Source of the DNA: Chromera velia | Lineage: Eukaryota | NCBI GenBank assembly: GCA_018398765.1 | Contig: JAHBMJ010000080.1 | Span: 1 to 57,609 of the forward strand | Direction: 5' to 3' | DNA length: 57,609 bases | Shown: positions 25,930-37,995 of the stretch, piece after piece | How positions within the stretch are numbered: position 1 is the first letter of the stretch | How the letters are laid out: the number at the start of each line of letters is the position of its first letter | The notes under the pieces: generated by a model | Database searches by the model: none | Seen by the model: only the letters and a program-made list of their open reading frames with translations | What the model was told of the DNA's origin: nothing | Program-made: the position numbers and the translations under genes

Positions 25930-28900
25930 AGTCTTCGGGTCTGCATTGCTTGCACAAAGAAACAGCATATCACAAAAGCCCTATAGCAAAAGCTAGGAGA
26001 GTGCGAGTCACGATGTTTTGTAAGAAAGCTGTAGGTCTTTCAACTTATTTCAACTTATTTACAATGAGGATGCAGTGACAGAGTTTACGATGTGGCCCCT
26101 CTGTGTGGTGAGGGATCGAGAGGAAAATTCCAACCGCCGATTGCTGTTTGCTGTAGAGATGCATATCATTGACTGTCTTCGACCTCCTCTAAATATGAAG
26201 GGGGTGAGGGAAGGGAAGGGAAATGGAAGGGGTTTTTCCAAACCATCACTTTCTGTTAGTAATAATACTTTTTTTCAATATCTGTTTGAATGTTTAGAAA
26301 GAGAAGAACAGGTGGAGACAAGAGAGGCATTTTTCCATGTGTGTGATACATTAAATGCGAGGAAAGGCAGGACAGAGATTGGGGGGTACTTCTATCGAAT
26401 TTGGTATCATGCAGCCCTGGCAAGAAGACCGAAGACGGGATCATAACTGAAAAGACTTGAGCTGACAAAAAAAGATCTGACTTCCATCGTCTCGCATTTT
26501 TTTACGTCAGCATCAAAGACATTCTTTAGAGGGATTTTTTGGGGAAATGTGGGACGGCTCTGCCGAGAGAAAGGATGGGCACTCTCAGAAATTCAGCAAC
26601 AAGCAGGGGGAGTAGAGTTTTATGTGCTTTTGTGTGCATTTCAGAGTGTGAAACAGGTAATACAGAAAGGCGTGAAAGAGATGGTGAGTGAGGCAGAAGG
26701 AAAGGAAAGAAAGTTGCTTATCTGACTCAGACCCACACGAGCAGCCACATTGAAGAGCATGTTGACAAACAAGAAGAAGTGGGTGGAGAGAGAAGACATC
26801 TTGCAGCTAGAGAAGCTCCCATACAAGTGTGCGTATCTGCATACAAAGTATGGATTAAACTTGAATGAGGGGCACGTTGTAGACTTATGGTCAAGGGCTG
26901 AGAGAGTGTAGAAGATGTGTAAGACAGAAGTAAATTGGAATACAAATTCTCTATTCAGACCTTCAGCCGCATGGGTAGCCCGGGAGGTAGTCAGTGCAGT
27001 GAAGTTAGTTACAAACAGACACAGGAAGTTCAACTTGAAAGATGATAAAAAAATGGACAGCAAGATGGGAAAAGAAACTTGAGGAACGATCGACTGTAAA
27101 AGGATGCTTTATTCTCTGATGATGTATTTGTGGATCCTCCGTCAGGAAAACTCATTACAGAGTTGAGGAGATCATGCGTGATCTCACAGATGGACAGAAG
27201 TGCAGGCGATCTCTCTTTTTTCTGCCCTCGAGTGTATGGTCAAGCAGTGCGTCAGCTCTTTATCGATCTGCCCGATTATGTATGTCTATCCAAAAAAGAG
27301 GTGCATGAAGTGATGCGTCGCCTTTTTAATCCTTCTTACCCAAAATTTATTTATGCGCTGTAAGGAGAAAAGAAAGGATGGGGAGAAGAGAGAAACAGGA
27401 AAGAGAAAAAAGAAAGAGATGTACAGGGAACTGGAGAAAGGAAAAGCAAGGGATGGCAGAATGAACGGAAAACAAAGAGACATGTGTTTGGACTGGGAAT
27501 TGTGTGGCTGAAATGGAAAACGTTTACGAATGGACAACCCGCTTCGCTGGCAAAGTGTATTCAAAGGTGTGCAAGATGTTGAATGCGCTCCTTCTGCCCA
27601 AAGGCTTAAGTCCTCATGTGACGCTCTTTTCCCCATTTGAATTCATGAAAGCAGTTGTAAAATTCAACTCGTGCACGTCTGTTTTGCCGTACGTATCCGT
27701 TCGTTCTCATCGCGCTGCCTTTTTTCCTGATATGCCAGAGTCTTCAAAAGTCATATTCACAGTGGAAGACACCAAAAATTTTTATCCCTCTGTCCTTCGT
27801 GCACTTATCACTCACCTTGATTCAGCATGCAGCGAGTTACGTTCAGAGAGAAGAGGGAGGTTTCTGGTTATGCCAAAAGACTTAGTAGGAGACAAAGTGG
27901 CGGCTCAGAGATCTTTCCGGCTTCACACTGTAAGCAGGGATGGAAGAAGATAGACTCCGGCGGGACACCGGAAAGTACAGGCCTATATGTCTACGCATGG
28001 AAACTTTTTGAATGCTGATGCATTTTCATTTGATGATGTATTGCGTGTGGTACAGCAAGACTTTGATACATGTGTGGTGAGGGTGGGTGGGGCATTCATG
28101 TAGCAGAGAGAAGGATTTGCGCAGGGGTCACCTCTTTCTCTAGCGCTTGCAAACCTGACAGCAGGGCTAAAAGAAAGAGAGTGGGCGATCAAGCAAGACA
28201 GGGTGGAAATGAATGACAGTGCCTGTCTCATTCACAGATGGATGGACGATCGCATTATTATGAGACGACTGGCATGCAAGTAGAAGAGAGACCCACTGTG
28301 TGTTGTATTGCAAAAGAAGGACTTTTATGTAAAGGAATGCGTATTAGAAAAGCAAAGGACCGAAAACTTTTTGCAGTTTAAACTGAAAGTATGTGGTTAT
28401 GGCCTGCGGCTGTGGTTACTAACAAAGGATCCAAACGGAATCAGAGGGAAACAAAACAACGGAAGTGAGGAAAGCGCTCACCTAAATGTTCCTCGTTTCG
28501 CTCATGCTTCGCAGGGTTGCTTTTTCATCTGGTAACAACCCCCCTCTACCGGTAATTACCAGATTACCGGTAATGGACTCCGTTTACCTAAGTTTTACCA
28601 GAAAAAAATGAGGAGAAAATGAAACTTCAAAAAAAAAAATTTTGTCCGCGACGCAACTCCTATTCTTTAGTTTTAAAGACTTCTTTCAACGTTTTTGGCA
28701 CTTTTAGGAATCGAATTAAGATTCTTTTAAAAATATGTTGTTTGTCTGCGCTTGTCTGCCTGGTTCGGAGGTCTATGAACCGGAAGCGGTAGTCGTTGCG
28801 GAGGTAAAAAGGCAGCTAGCAGGTGGCCTGGCCTTAAGACATGAAAGCCTCTTTTGAGAGGATGTGTTCACCTTTGAGGTTGTCAGATTTGTTGCATCAC

Positions 28901-29510
28901 ACTTGCATGGTGCCTATATAAATATAGTAAGGCGGCCCACAAGAGTGTTGGTGGAGGCGAGTTATACCAATTGTGTACCGTTTTTGGTTGTTAACACAAT
29001 ACTGAGATGCTATTGAAGCCAATGGTAATCCGTCTTTCCAGTTTTATCATGCATTTAAAACAGCCTGACTGCCCTTTAGTATCCCACTTAAACCATAGAT
29101 AACTTAATTTACAATATGTAAATCACACAGTAAATGACTGTTAAACATAGTTAGACCGTATAAATGAATGAACAAATAATTCAAAATGCTTTAAAAAATG
29201 TTTATTAGCATAAATAGATTTTTTAAACTATAGTTTTGAATTATACTTTATCTCTACAGCCTTTACCAAACTTTTTACCGGTGGCCGGCCACTCTACCGG
29301 TAATTACCAGTTGACCGGTAATCAGCTCGCTTTACCACTGGAAAAATCGGCAACCCTGATGCTTCGACCGTTTGACCGCATTCCCGCTCTTGTGCAATCT
29401 TGAAAGGTCACTTGCAACGGGCGTTCTTGTTTTCACTATATCCAGATGCAGAGTTTGAGACGGTGCGACAGGCACTTTTCAAGTCGGTATGTAGCAATCC
29501 GCGTCTGGAT
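25930..29510 (+). pseudogene. Decayed Penelope-like retroelement ORF (putative GIY-YIG remnant followed by RT), interrupted by a hAT MITE
   Basis: RT motifs EDTKNFYPSV (~27765), QREGFAQGSPLSLALANL (~28103) and HRWMDD (~28232). A thumb-like region resumes after the MITE (HLQRAFLFS). Many stops and frameshifts. Confidence 0.8.
28512..29358. mobile_element. hAT-type MITE
   Basis: TIR CAGGGTTGC / GCAACCCTG; 8-bp TSD ATGCTTCG at 28504-28511 and 29359-29366; inverted copy at ~36534-37394. Confidence 0.92.
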
Positions 29511-29844
29511 CCATACTGTTGTTGCGTTTTGTGTGTTTGCTTTGCTTTGTTTTGCTTTGAATTAATGCAAACGAAAAAAAGGGCCCCGCGGAAAGCGCTT
29601 GTGGATGGATTTCACGCTTTCCGGGCTCGTTCGCACGCTTGCGTGCGTCAGATGCATGGTCGCGGCTCAGACTTGCATGCATGGCCGGCCGATTTCGCCG
29701 CGATTCTTATGAATAATTGGGTCGGAAAGACTATATACGCGGTACAGCTAGGTGAAGGACTTTGATATTCATAGAATGCTAAGGATGGTCACGAAGGTGA
29801 GCTGTTCTCTTTCAATCTCTCCTTCAAATGGGCGCTGATCAAAC

Positions 29845-31716
29845 ATGTATAGATGCAACATCCTGCAGACGGCAACGTATAAAGCTTCTGCGTATTGGCA
29901 ACAACTTCCACTACCCTTTTCGTTCTTTCCTGATCCTCCTAAAAGTCTTCCAGATCTTTTGAAGCGCATCGACGGACGATTCCACTCAATCTGCTCGTCG
30001 ATTCTCAATCCTTGCTGTCCAAGAAGTATGCCAGAAGTTTACAGATCTTCCAACCCTCGTCAAGAAAGAGGGGGGCTTGAGTTTCTGGAACGAACTTTTT
30101 CCAACAGCGAGACGGATGCGACTCAGGAAGACCCGTCTCCGCGTCCGTCTCCTTCACTGAATGTCTTGCTTGTCACTTCAGACCTACCCTCCCACCCCTA
30201 CGCAGTGGCCAAACTGGCGCTTCTGATCGATGGGGGGGGGCACAAGGTGACAGTCGCAGCACCTCCTGGCAAAGCAGCAGAGACAGTGAGGGACACGGTT
30301 GGCGTGGGTAGTCAGGAGACGCCTGCAGCAGGAAAAGCGAAGATATCTGTGCTGGAGTGTGGAAGTGCGTTTGCAAAGGAACACATAAACGTTCGGCCAG
30401 TTGTGGATCCTCACTCATGGAGTGCTTTCTTTGCCGGCATTCGAAATCCCCTTCCAGTCGCAGAACAGGTAAACGACCTTTGTGACGCGCAGGAAGAAAT
30501 GTATGTACTCCTCAAACGGTTGATTCCATCTTTCGATATCGTCGTTTGTATCCACTCGATTTGCAACACAGTATGCGATGCAGTGGAGTCTCTTGCAATT
30601 CAAACAGATTCCCCCCCCAAGCCCTGCGTGATCCTCTCCTCTCTCCCGTACGACCCCGTCACTCTCCTCGGGTTCTCCCGCGGCTGGGCCCTTCCAAGAA
30701 CAATCACGGCGTTGCCCCATGTGGCAACCTACCCATCGAGTCTGTCCGTCTCCGGTGGAAGACACACACTTCGAGGGTTCGCTACGGCAGTCTCCCAGAC
30801 CTTCTGGAAGATTCTGGACGCTTCATTGATGGAGTGGGCATGGATGTGGTCAGCCAGACGGAACGACGAGAGGAGGGCGTACAGAGGCCTTCCGCCTAGG
30901 GCGAAGGGGTGGGTGGGGTACATGCAGAGGTACCCAATGCTGTGGATGGGGGGTGCTCCGTTCTGTCCCGCAGACCTGCCAACGCCCCCAAACGTGACTC
31001 TGGTGGGTGGACTGGATACTGGAGGTTTGAGAGGAGGGAACGGGTGGTCTTCTTCTTCTTCTCGTTCTTTGGAGTTGGGGGAAGATCTCTCGGAATGGAT
31101 GTATGGCGGGGGAGAAGAGGACAGAAAGGTGCTTTTCGTGTGTTTTGGGACAGGAACGACCTTGACACCTGCAGAGGGCAGAGCGGTGGGGGTTGAACTC
31201 GTTGAGGCATTGAAAGGAAGTGGCGCCAGTGTCTTGTGGGCTTTGAGGAAAACCCAAGCAGCCAACTTGAAGCCAATGCTCGACGAGGCTCTCGGATCTC
31301 CCACCAGAGAGTCGGACTCCAAGTTTTGGGAGTATCTGGGGGGCGTGCTGAGAATTGAGTTCGATGTTCCCCAAATTGCGATTTTGCACTCTGGGAGGGT
31401 AGTTCTTTTCGTGAGCCACCTGGGCTTCGGCAGCTTTACAGAGGCTGTCGGAGCCGGGGTGCCCATGTTGGCTTACCCTAGCGGTCTTGACCAATGGGCA
31501 AATGCCGAGAGGGCAAAGGAGATGGGTGTCGCTTTGGCGGCCCCGAAGGGACTTATTGGTCTCGGTCCGGCGGTTCTGTCTGCTCTGAAAGATGTGGAGC
31601 TTCGGCAGAGGTCAAGAGAAGTCGCGGCAGCTGCCTATCTGTCTTCTTTGCGCGGGAAAAGCGAAGTGCTCCGCACGATCGAAAGCATCGCCGAGCCTGC
31701 AAGACATGTAGTATAG
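29845..31716 (+). CDS. UDP-glycosyltransferase (GT1), intronless; start may be ATG 30028
   Basis: N-terminal NVLLVTSDLPSHP...GHKVTV, FVCFGT, and the UGT signature VPQIAILHSGRVVLFVSHLGFGSFTEAVGAGVPMLAYPSGLDQWANA. Confidence 0.92.
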   Translation: MYRCNILQTATYKASAYWQQLPLPFSFFPDPPKSLPDLLKRIDGRFHSICSSILNPCCPRSMPEVYRSSNPRQERGGLEFLERTFSNSETDATQEDPSPRPSPSLNVLLVTSDLPSHPYAVAKLALLIDGGGHKVTVAAPPGKAAETVRDTVGVGSQETPAAGKAKISVLECGSAFAKEHINVRPVVDPHSWSAFFAGIRNPLPVAEQVNDLCDAQEEMYVLLKRLIPSFDIVVCIHSICNTVCDAVESLAIQTDSPPKPCVILSSLPYDPVTLLGFSRGWALPRTITALPHVATYPSSLSVSGGRHTLRGFATAVSQTFWKILDASLMEWAWMWSARRNDERRAYRGLPPRAKGWVGYMQRYPMLWMGGAPFCPADLPTPPNVTLVGGLDTGGLRGGNGWSSSSSRSLELGEDLSEWMYGGGEEDRKVLFVCFGTGTTLTPAEGRAVGVELVEALKGSGASVLWALRKTQAANLKPMLDEALGSPTRESDSKFWEYLGGVLRIEFDVPQIAILHSGRVVLFVSHLGFGSFTEAVGAGVPMLAYPSGLDQWANAERAKEMGVALAAPKGLIGLGPAVLSALKDVELRQRSREVAAAAYLSSLRGKSEVLRTIESIAEPARHVV

Positions 31717-32487
31717 GCAAAATTCCGGATGTAAGTTACCATGTAAAAAAAAAGGTTATAAATAGATAAAAACAAAAAGTAAGTACAAAAATTAAATTGC
31801 ATACACGGGTATAATAACAGTGCTGTTAACTAGGCTAGGCCTGATTTCAATATATATTATGTTTTCTCAAGTTTGGAGATATAATATAAATATCTAATAT
31901 AATTTAACCGTGATTTCATACCTTTCCATACTATAGAATCAAAACCTAGATCAAAACGTGAACTTATATGCTTAGCTGGTTTTCTTCCCACTGTAAGAAT
32001 ACAGTCTAGAATCAAGTGTAAACGATCCTAGACAGGCAAACAGAAACTTAGTGTTCGTTTACAGAGAAGAACTGTCAAACGTACAGTCTTACTTCTTGGC
32101 TATTGGAAAGGCCTTTTACACTTTGAGACGGTTGGTAAATCAAGCATGTACGCACGAGCACCTTTGGAAAAGGCCGCAATAGCATGCTTTAATTGCAATT
32201 TGTTCTACATTTAATTCTGCATTTATCGCTCCTACTTGCGCGCGGGATGTTGCTTTGCACGTTGGTCTATGCATCCTGCGCCCGCGAGTCTTGTCTGTTA
32301 CTTTACACCCACTGGCCGTGTGTATTAACTACTTCTTACTGACCATCTGACCATCTAACCTGAAACATTGAATTCTTCTGTGAACGATAACTCTTATCAT
32401 ACCTCACACGCGTTCTAGCCCCACCTATTGGTTGAGTTCTGTTGCTTACAACTTCAACTGTCTTTCAGACTTCCATCTCCTCCAACA

Positions 32488-33654
32488 ATGGCAGTAGACT
32501 TGTCCAATGGGTTGTCTGACCGCATGCGAGCTGATATGAAGTCTCTGTTTATCAAAGTTTCAAGTTTGTGACGAGCGCCTCGGCCCTCTTGAAGGGAGGG
32601 TGTCTGAAGTCCAAAAAAAAGATGGAGACGGCGATTGCTCAACTGTCTACAACTGTCATCTCAGAAAGATGAGAACGTCTCTCTTCGGAATTTTAAAGAC
32701 CTTGATTCTTTGAAGTCCTCTTTCAATCGTTTGGTGGAGAGACACAGGAGGAATGAAAACGTATGCAAGAGGGTCCTCCCGGGCTTTGACCCAAACCATG
32801 GTTGCGAACCGGACCAGGTTCTTTTCACTGACCGTTCCTCTCTGTTCTGGTAGGTGATGATAAAGATCGGCAACGCTATGATAGGAAAGTTTGCATCTCT
32901 TGACCCCTTCTTTGACATTTGCTCTTTTCGCTCCTTTCCCGGTGGCTGCGAGATCAGTTTCATCGACAGAAGACGTGCAGAGAACTTTTTTTCCATTTTT
33001 CAGCCGGCGAACGGGTTCCACTTCGACTTGGTAGATGATAATTTTTCAGTTTCTTTCACCGTAAGAAGGGCCAAAACTCACGCCCAGCTGACGGAAGCCA
33101 GAGAACGCCGCCTTCAGACGATCGCACAGCCTCCCTTTTAACCCCTTAACCAAGCCACCGAGGCAGGACTTAGTCTACCTGTTCGGTCTTCTGCCCCTCC
33201 CTCATGGGGTCCCGCTCCCCTTGGAGCGTCATTATCGCTCCCTGCATCAAAATCTGACCGCATCACGCCACCTTCGAAGATTCTGAACAGCAGCACCGCA
33301 AACCCGCCTCCGGCCCCCAAGGTTACCAAACGTACAGCAGTCCGACCGAGGGATAGGGACCAACCCAGTCCTCCAATCCTTCGCTCCACGGCTGCCGCTG
33401 AATCTTCGAAATCACTAGTTGCAGGCTGAGCGGCTGGGAGTGTGATGACACCATCGGCTGCGAGGCCTCCTGCGGGGAAGCGAGAGGCCAACGCACCACA
33501 AATCGTCTTAAGGAGCGATCTGACAGGTTCAAACCAGACAGGGGGAAGAAAAGGTGGAGGTAAGAAGAAACATAAAGGACCTGATCTTGGACAAAATGGG
33601 GAGGAAGAGTCTGAATGGGGACAGGAGGGGCAGACAGGAGAAGAAGGTTGGTAA
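32488..33654 (+). pseudogene. Decayed ORF, possibly retroelement ORF1-like
   Basis: One reading frame is held for ~390 codons but broken by several stops; P/S-rich then basic/acidic tail. Family assignment is uncertain. Confidence 0.45.
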
Positions 33655-35239
33655 CTCTCTTGTCTTGTCGTTTTCCGTCGTTTTCTTTCCTGTAGATTTC
33701 TATTGATCGATCTTCTGAATCAGTCAGGGGGGCTCGGGTTTCAGGTTTGAGGTGAAACTTTGGATAGTAAGTTTACTAGCTCTTCAAACAAATAAAAGTG
33801 GGGTATTGGTTGGAGGGAGGGCTTTGGACAGAGGGGGCACGTCTTCTTTTGTTTTTGTCCTTCCATAGGTTCCGAACAAATGGTGCCGTCGGGCGTCCTG
33901 CTCTTGTGGGGAAGAAAGCAGGTGGGAGGGTTGGTTTATTGTATAACATGCAGGTTTTGTCTTTTCCGAGGACTAGGTACCTCTGTCTAGCGTGCGTGCT
34001 TAAGACTAAAACGAAGGGGCCGCCTAGTCTTGCAAGCCTTTAAATGCTCCATGGAACCTAGGCAGCTAGGCTAGAACCTAGGTTGAGTAAGCGTTTTGCA
34101 TGACATGGGCCCGGGTTGTTCTCAAAGCCTTGTTAGTGGCTTGGGGTCGGGCATCACTGGATCTAGGATTTAACCCTCAATCATTCATTCATTCATTCAC
34201 TGCCAGTGCATACAGCTATATATAGGTACTGCATTGAATAAATAAGTGATTCAGCATCTTTCAGAACAAAGAAGATAAAGAAGACTGCTAAAAGACCTAG
34301 TCTAAGACGATATCATAATGGTGATTCCTAGTTAGAATCCTACTGTAATTATCCTAGATGAAGACACTAGTGAGTTTGCACAGTAATTTATGGATAATGA
34401 TCAGGTTATATTATATATTTATATCACTCAGCCCATGCACGATATAATATAAAAATATATATCAAAACTACGCCTAGTAACTAGGCTGTTAAACTATATT
34501 AAACTAAACGGCCTACGCTTAGCTTACATAGAAAATTTCAAGTTCTACTATAGCAACTCCTTGTACTTCCTTCTAAACCAAGTCTTCCTTCTTTATAGGA
34601 ACGCCCAATTTTGAAAATTCAAAATTCAAAGGTGTTTAATCATGGAATATATTTATTTACTAGTTACTCACTTCAAAAGTAATATAATCAGGAATATATT
34701 CCTAAATTAATTAAGGGGGGGTCTGCCCCCCGGGCTACATTTTTGATTTTTTTTTTAAATTCAGTTTATGACTATAAAAAATTGGTTTTGAAAAAGATAA
34801 ACAGGGGCTATCTAGCTGTTAGGCACTGTTAATAGGCAGTAGTGTAACAGTTACTATACTAGACTGTGTTATAGTGTTACTAGAATTTTATAAAATCTTA
34901 CAATTTATAAACTTATTAAACTAGCAAATAAATGAATACGCGGTTGAAAGTTCATACACGTTCTCATTGCATGAACATGCACACACTACACCAAAACACA
35001 CATGCACACTGCAGCACACACTGCATAGCAAAAGGAGGCCTTACTGTATGCACTACGTAAGATACACTCTTTTTCACTTTCAGCATTCGAACGCGAAACA
35101 CCAAAACACCATAAGCACTGTCGAGCAAAAAATCATCTGGGTACAAACAAGCAGAAAGGTGTATATCTGAAGACATAAATATAGATATATCAATCATGCA
35201 AACGCGCATACAAATAAGAGAAACATGCATACATCGACG

Positions 35240-35563
35240 TCAATTGAGACTCGTTGAGTCGTTGCCCCCCTTTTCAAATTTCATCTTTTGGCCGGGGGGC
35301 GCGGCCCTTCGCTTTTGCACCTCCAGATCTCCGATCTTTGCAATTTTCTATTTGAGCTCATTCTGATGCTGGGTAGCGATTGCTTTTTTGATTTCTTCTG
35401 TCTTCTTTTTGCAGCTTCGAAGGTGAGTCCAAAGATTAGATGTCCCTCTACTGCTTCTGGCTGTCGTCCCGCAGGAATTGCATGTATACGATTCTACAGG
35501 TTTACCGAGCGGTGCCTGAACTGCTTTGAAGAAGTCTCGTACGTCCACTTGACTCATTTTCAA
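35240..35563 (-). pseudogene. BED zinc-finger fragment, likely the 5' end of a hAT transposase
   Basis: VRDFFK...YTCNSCG......GTSNLWTHLRSC matches the BED finger pattern; followed by in-frame stops. Confidence 0.75.
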
Positions 35564-36293
35564 ACTATAGAGTTAATCGTCTAAACATATCAGGCCTCAG
35601 TCATCTCAGACTGGTATCATAGCTTGCTGTGACTTTAAGTTTGCATCTTACCTTATGTTTGAAACTCATGCATGAAGACCCGATTTTTGATGCAACCTGT
35701 ATAATCGGCTATTCGGCTCCGAATACATGCACCGATGGCCGCACCGATGGCCGCGGCCACTAGTAGGAGCGGTGGGCCGCGCCGGCATGTGCATGGCCAG
35801 CCCGGGCTGCATGGGCTGGGCCATGCATACAGTGCACTGGATGTGCACAAGCCTCTAGACTACTCCCAAAACATTTGTTTTTATAACGTAAAAAAAAAAC
35901 CATGCACCATCAGAATGACCTAAGGTATTAAAGACTAGTAAGAATCGGACTTTGGCTAATTAATCACTTTATTCAATCACATTCAATCACTTCATGGGAT
36001 AATTAAATATATTCTAATTACAAGTGACTAAACACCTTTGTCAAAATTTGATATTAAAATACCCAGGAGTCCAATTGTTTTACACCCAATATAACTATAC
36101 CAATTCATTACCTACGGTCAGCTCTATATTTGAGATCTCAATAATTAAAATGTTTTGAAAGACTTACATTAAGTTTCAAATTTAATTAATTTAAAGTTGT
36201 TTAATTTTAAAACAAAAATTTAAAGATTGCAAGCCCAGTTAAGCATTTCCATACAGTTTAACTTGAATATAAGTTTTTTAGCATTTTTTCAGC

Positions 36294-37394
36294 CAGGGTT
36301 GCCGATTTTTCCAGTGGTAACGCAAGCTGATTACCGATTAACCGGTAAGTGGCCAGCCATCAGTAAAAAGTTTGGTAAAGGCTGTAGACTCAGTGTAAAG
36401 ACAAAGTATAATTTAAAACCATAGTATAAAAAATCTATTTATGATAATAAACATTTTATTAAGCATTTTCAGTTATTTGTTTATTCATTTACACGGTCTA
36501 ACTAGGTTTGACAGTCATTTACATATTGTAAATTAGGGTTGCCGATTTTTCCAGTGGTAAAGCGAGCTGATTACCGGTCAACTGGTAATTACCGGTAGAG
36601 TGGCCGGCCACCGGTAAAAAGTTTGGTAAAGGCTGTAAAGATAAAGTGTAATTCAAAACTATAGTTTAAAAAATCTATTTATGCTAATAAACATTTTTTA
36701 AAGCATTTTGAATTATTTGTTCATTCATTTATACGGTCTAACTATGTTTGACAGTCATTTACTGTGTGATTTACATGTTATAAATTAAGTTATCTATGGT
36801 TTAAGTGAGATACTAAAGGGCAGCCATGCTGTTTTAAATGCATGATAAAACTGGAAAGACGGATTGCTATTGGCCTCGGTATCATCTCAGTAGCGTGTTG
36901 ACGACCAAAAATGGTATACAATCGGCATAACTTGCCTTCACGAACACTTTTGTGGGCCGCCATGTTATATTTATAGCTACCAATGGCATGTAAGTGTGAT
37001 GCAACAAATCTGACAACTTCGAAGGTGAACACATCCTCTCAAAAGAGGCTTTCACGTCTTAAGGCCAGGGTACCTGTGTACGTTGAGCTGCTTCTTTACC
37101 TCCGCAACGACCACCGCTTCTGGTTCATAGACCCCCAAACCAGGCAGACAAGCACAGACAAACAACATATTTTTAAAAAAATCTTAATTTGATTCCTATA
37201 AGTGTTAAAAACGTTTAAAAAAGTCCTTATAAAACTAAAGATTAGAGGTTGCGCCGCAGGCGAAATTTTTTTTTTTTGAGCTTAATTTCTTCCTCATTTT
37301 TTTTTCGGTAAAACTTAGGTAAACGGAGTCTATTACCAAAAATCCGGTAATTACTGGTAGAGAGGGGTCGTTACCAGACGAAAAAGCAACCTTG
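36294..37394. mobile_element. Inverted copy of the 28512 hAT MITE with a tandem duplication of one ~240-bp end
   Basis: CAGGGTTGCCGATTTTTCC at 36294 and TAGGGTTGCC at 36534; end GCAACCTTG; flanks TTTTCAGC / TTTTTAGT (degenerate TSD). Confidence 0.85.
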
Positions 37395-37765
37395 TTTTTA
37401 GTAAAAAAAAAAAAAATTTAGATATTTTTTTATAAAAATCGTGCTGTCCCTGCATGCCGTATACATAGTTTAAATGCATGCTCTGCCTCGCTCTCTCTTG
37501 TTTGGTGGCTCTCTTTTCACCTTTCTCCTTTGGGCATATGTTAGGGAGGGGAACTTCCCCCGGGGAAAAGGCATGGTGGATCATGTGAAGAACACTATGC
37601 TTACTGCCCTGCAGTCAAAGGTACAAAAGTGATCGATGATGCGGTGCATCGACTGACTGCATGCGTACGTACACGTAGAAACAGAGCAGTCTTGATTCAA
37701 ACTTCAGCTGTTGGCAGAGAGAGTGAAAAAAAAAATAGAAATCGGTGAAAAGGCTAGTGAAAGGG

Positions 37766-37995
37766 CTAGGCGACGCACAGTGGTGAAAAAAAAAAAATAG
37801 ACATGTTAAGATTTTTTTTTTTTTTTTTAGTCTGGTGGTTAAAAGTCCAAGCAAACTTAGCAAAGGTAGGTTTTGTAGTTAGATATGTTTTTGTTATATG
37901 TTTAGCACTTCCAATAAAAAAAAAAAAAAAAAAAAAAAAGATTAGGCTTCTTAAGATTTTTTTTTTCTTTTTTTTTATCACTGTGCGTCGCTTAG
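37766..37995. mobile_element. 230-bp MITE with TIR CTAGGCGACGCACAGTG and 8-bp TSD
   Basis: TSD TGAAAGGG at 37758-37765 and 37996-38003; same TIR family as 5177-5886. Confidence 0.9.

Noticed and set aside
27760..28260. Telomerase (TERT) gene
   Set aside because: The motif GSPLS..LANL is PLE-like, the region is intronless and stop-riddled, and no TERT T/CP motifs were seen.
34200..35840. TIRs for the BED-finger element
   Set aside because: Only a 7-bp CAGTGCA match and no TSD.
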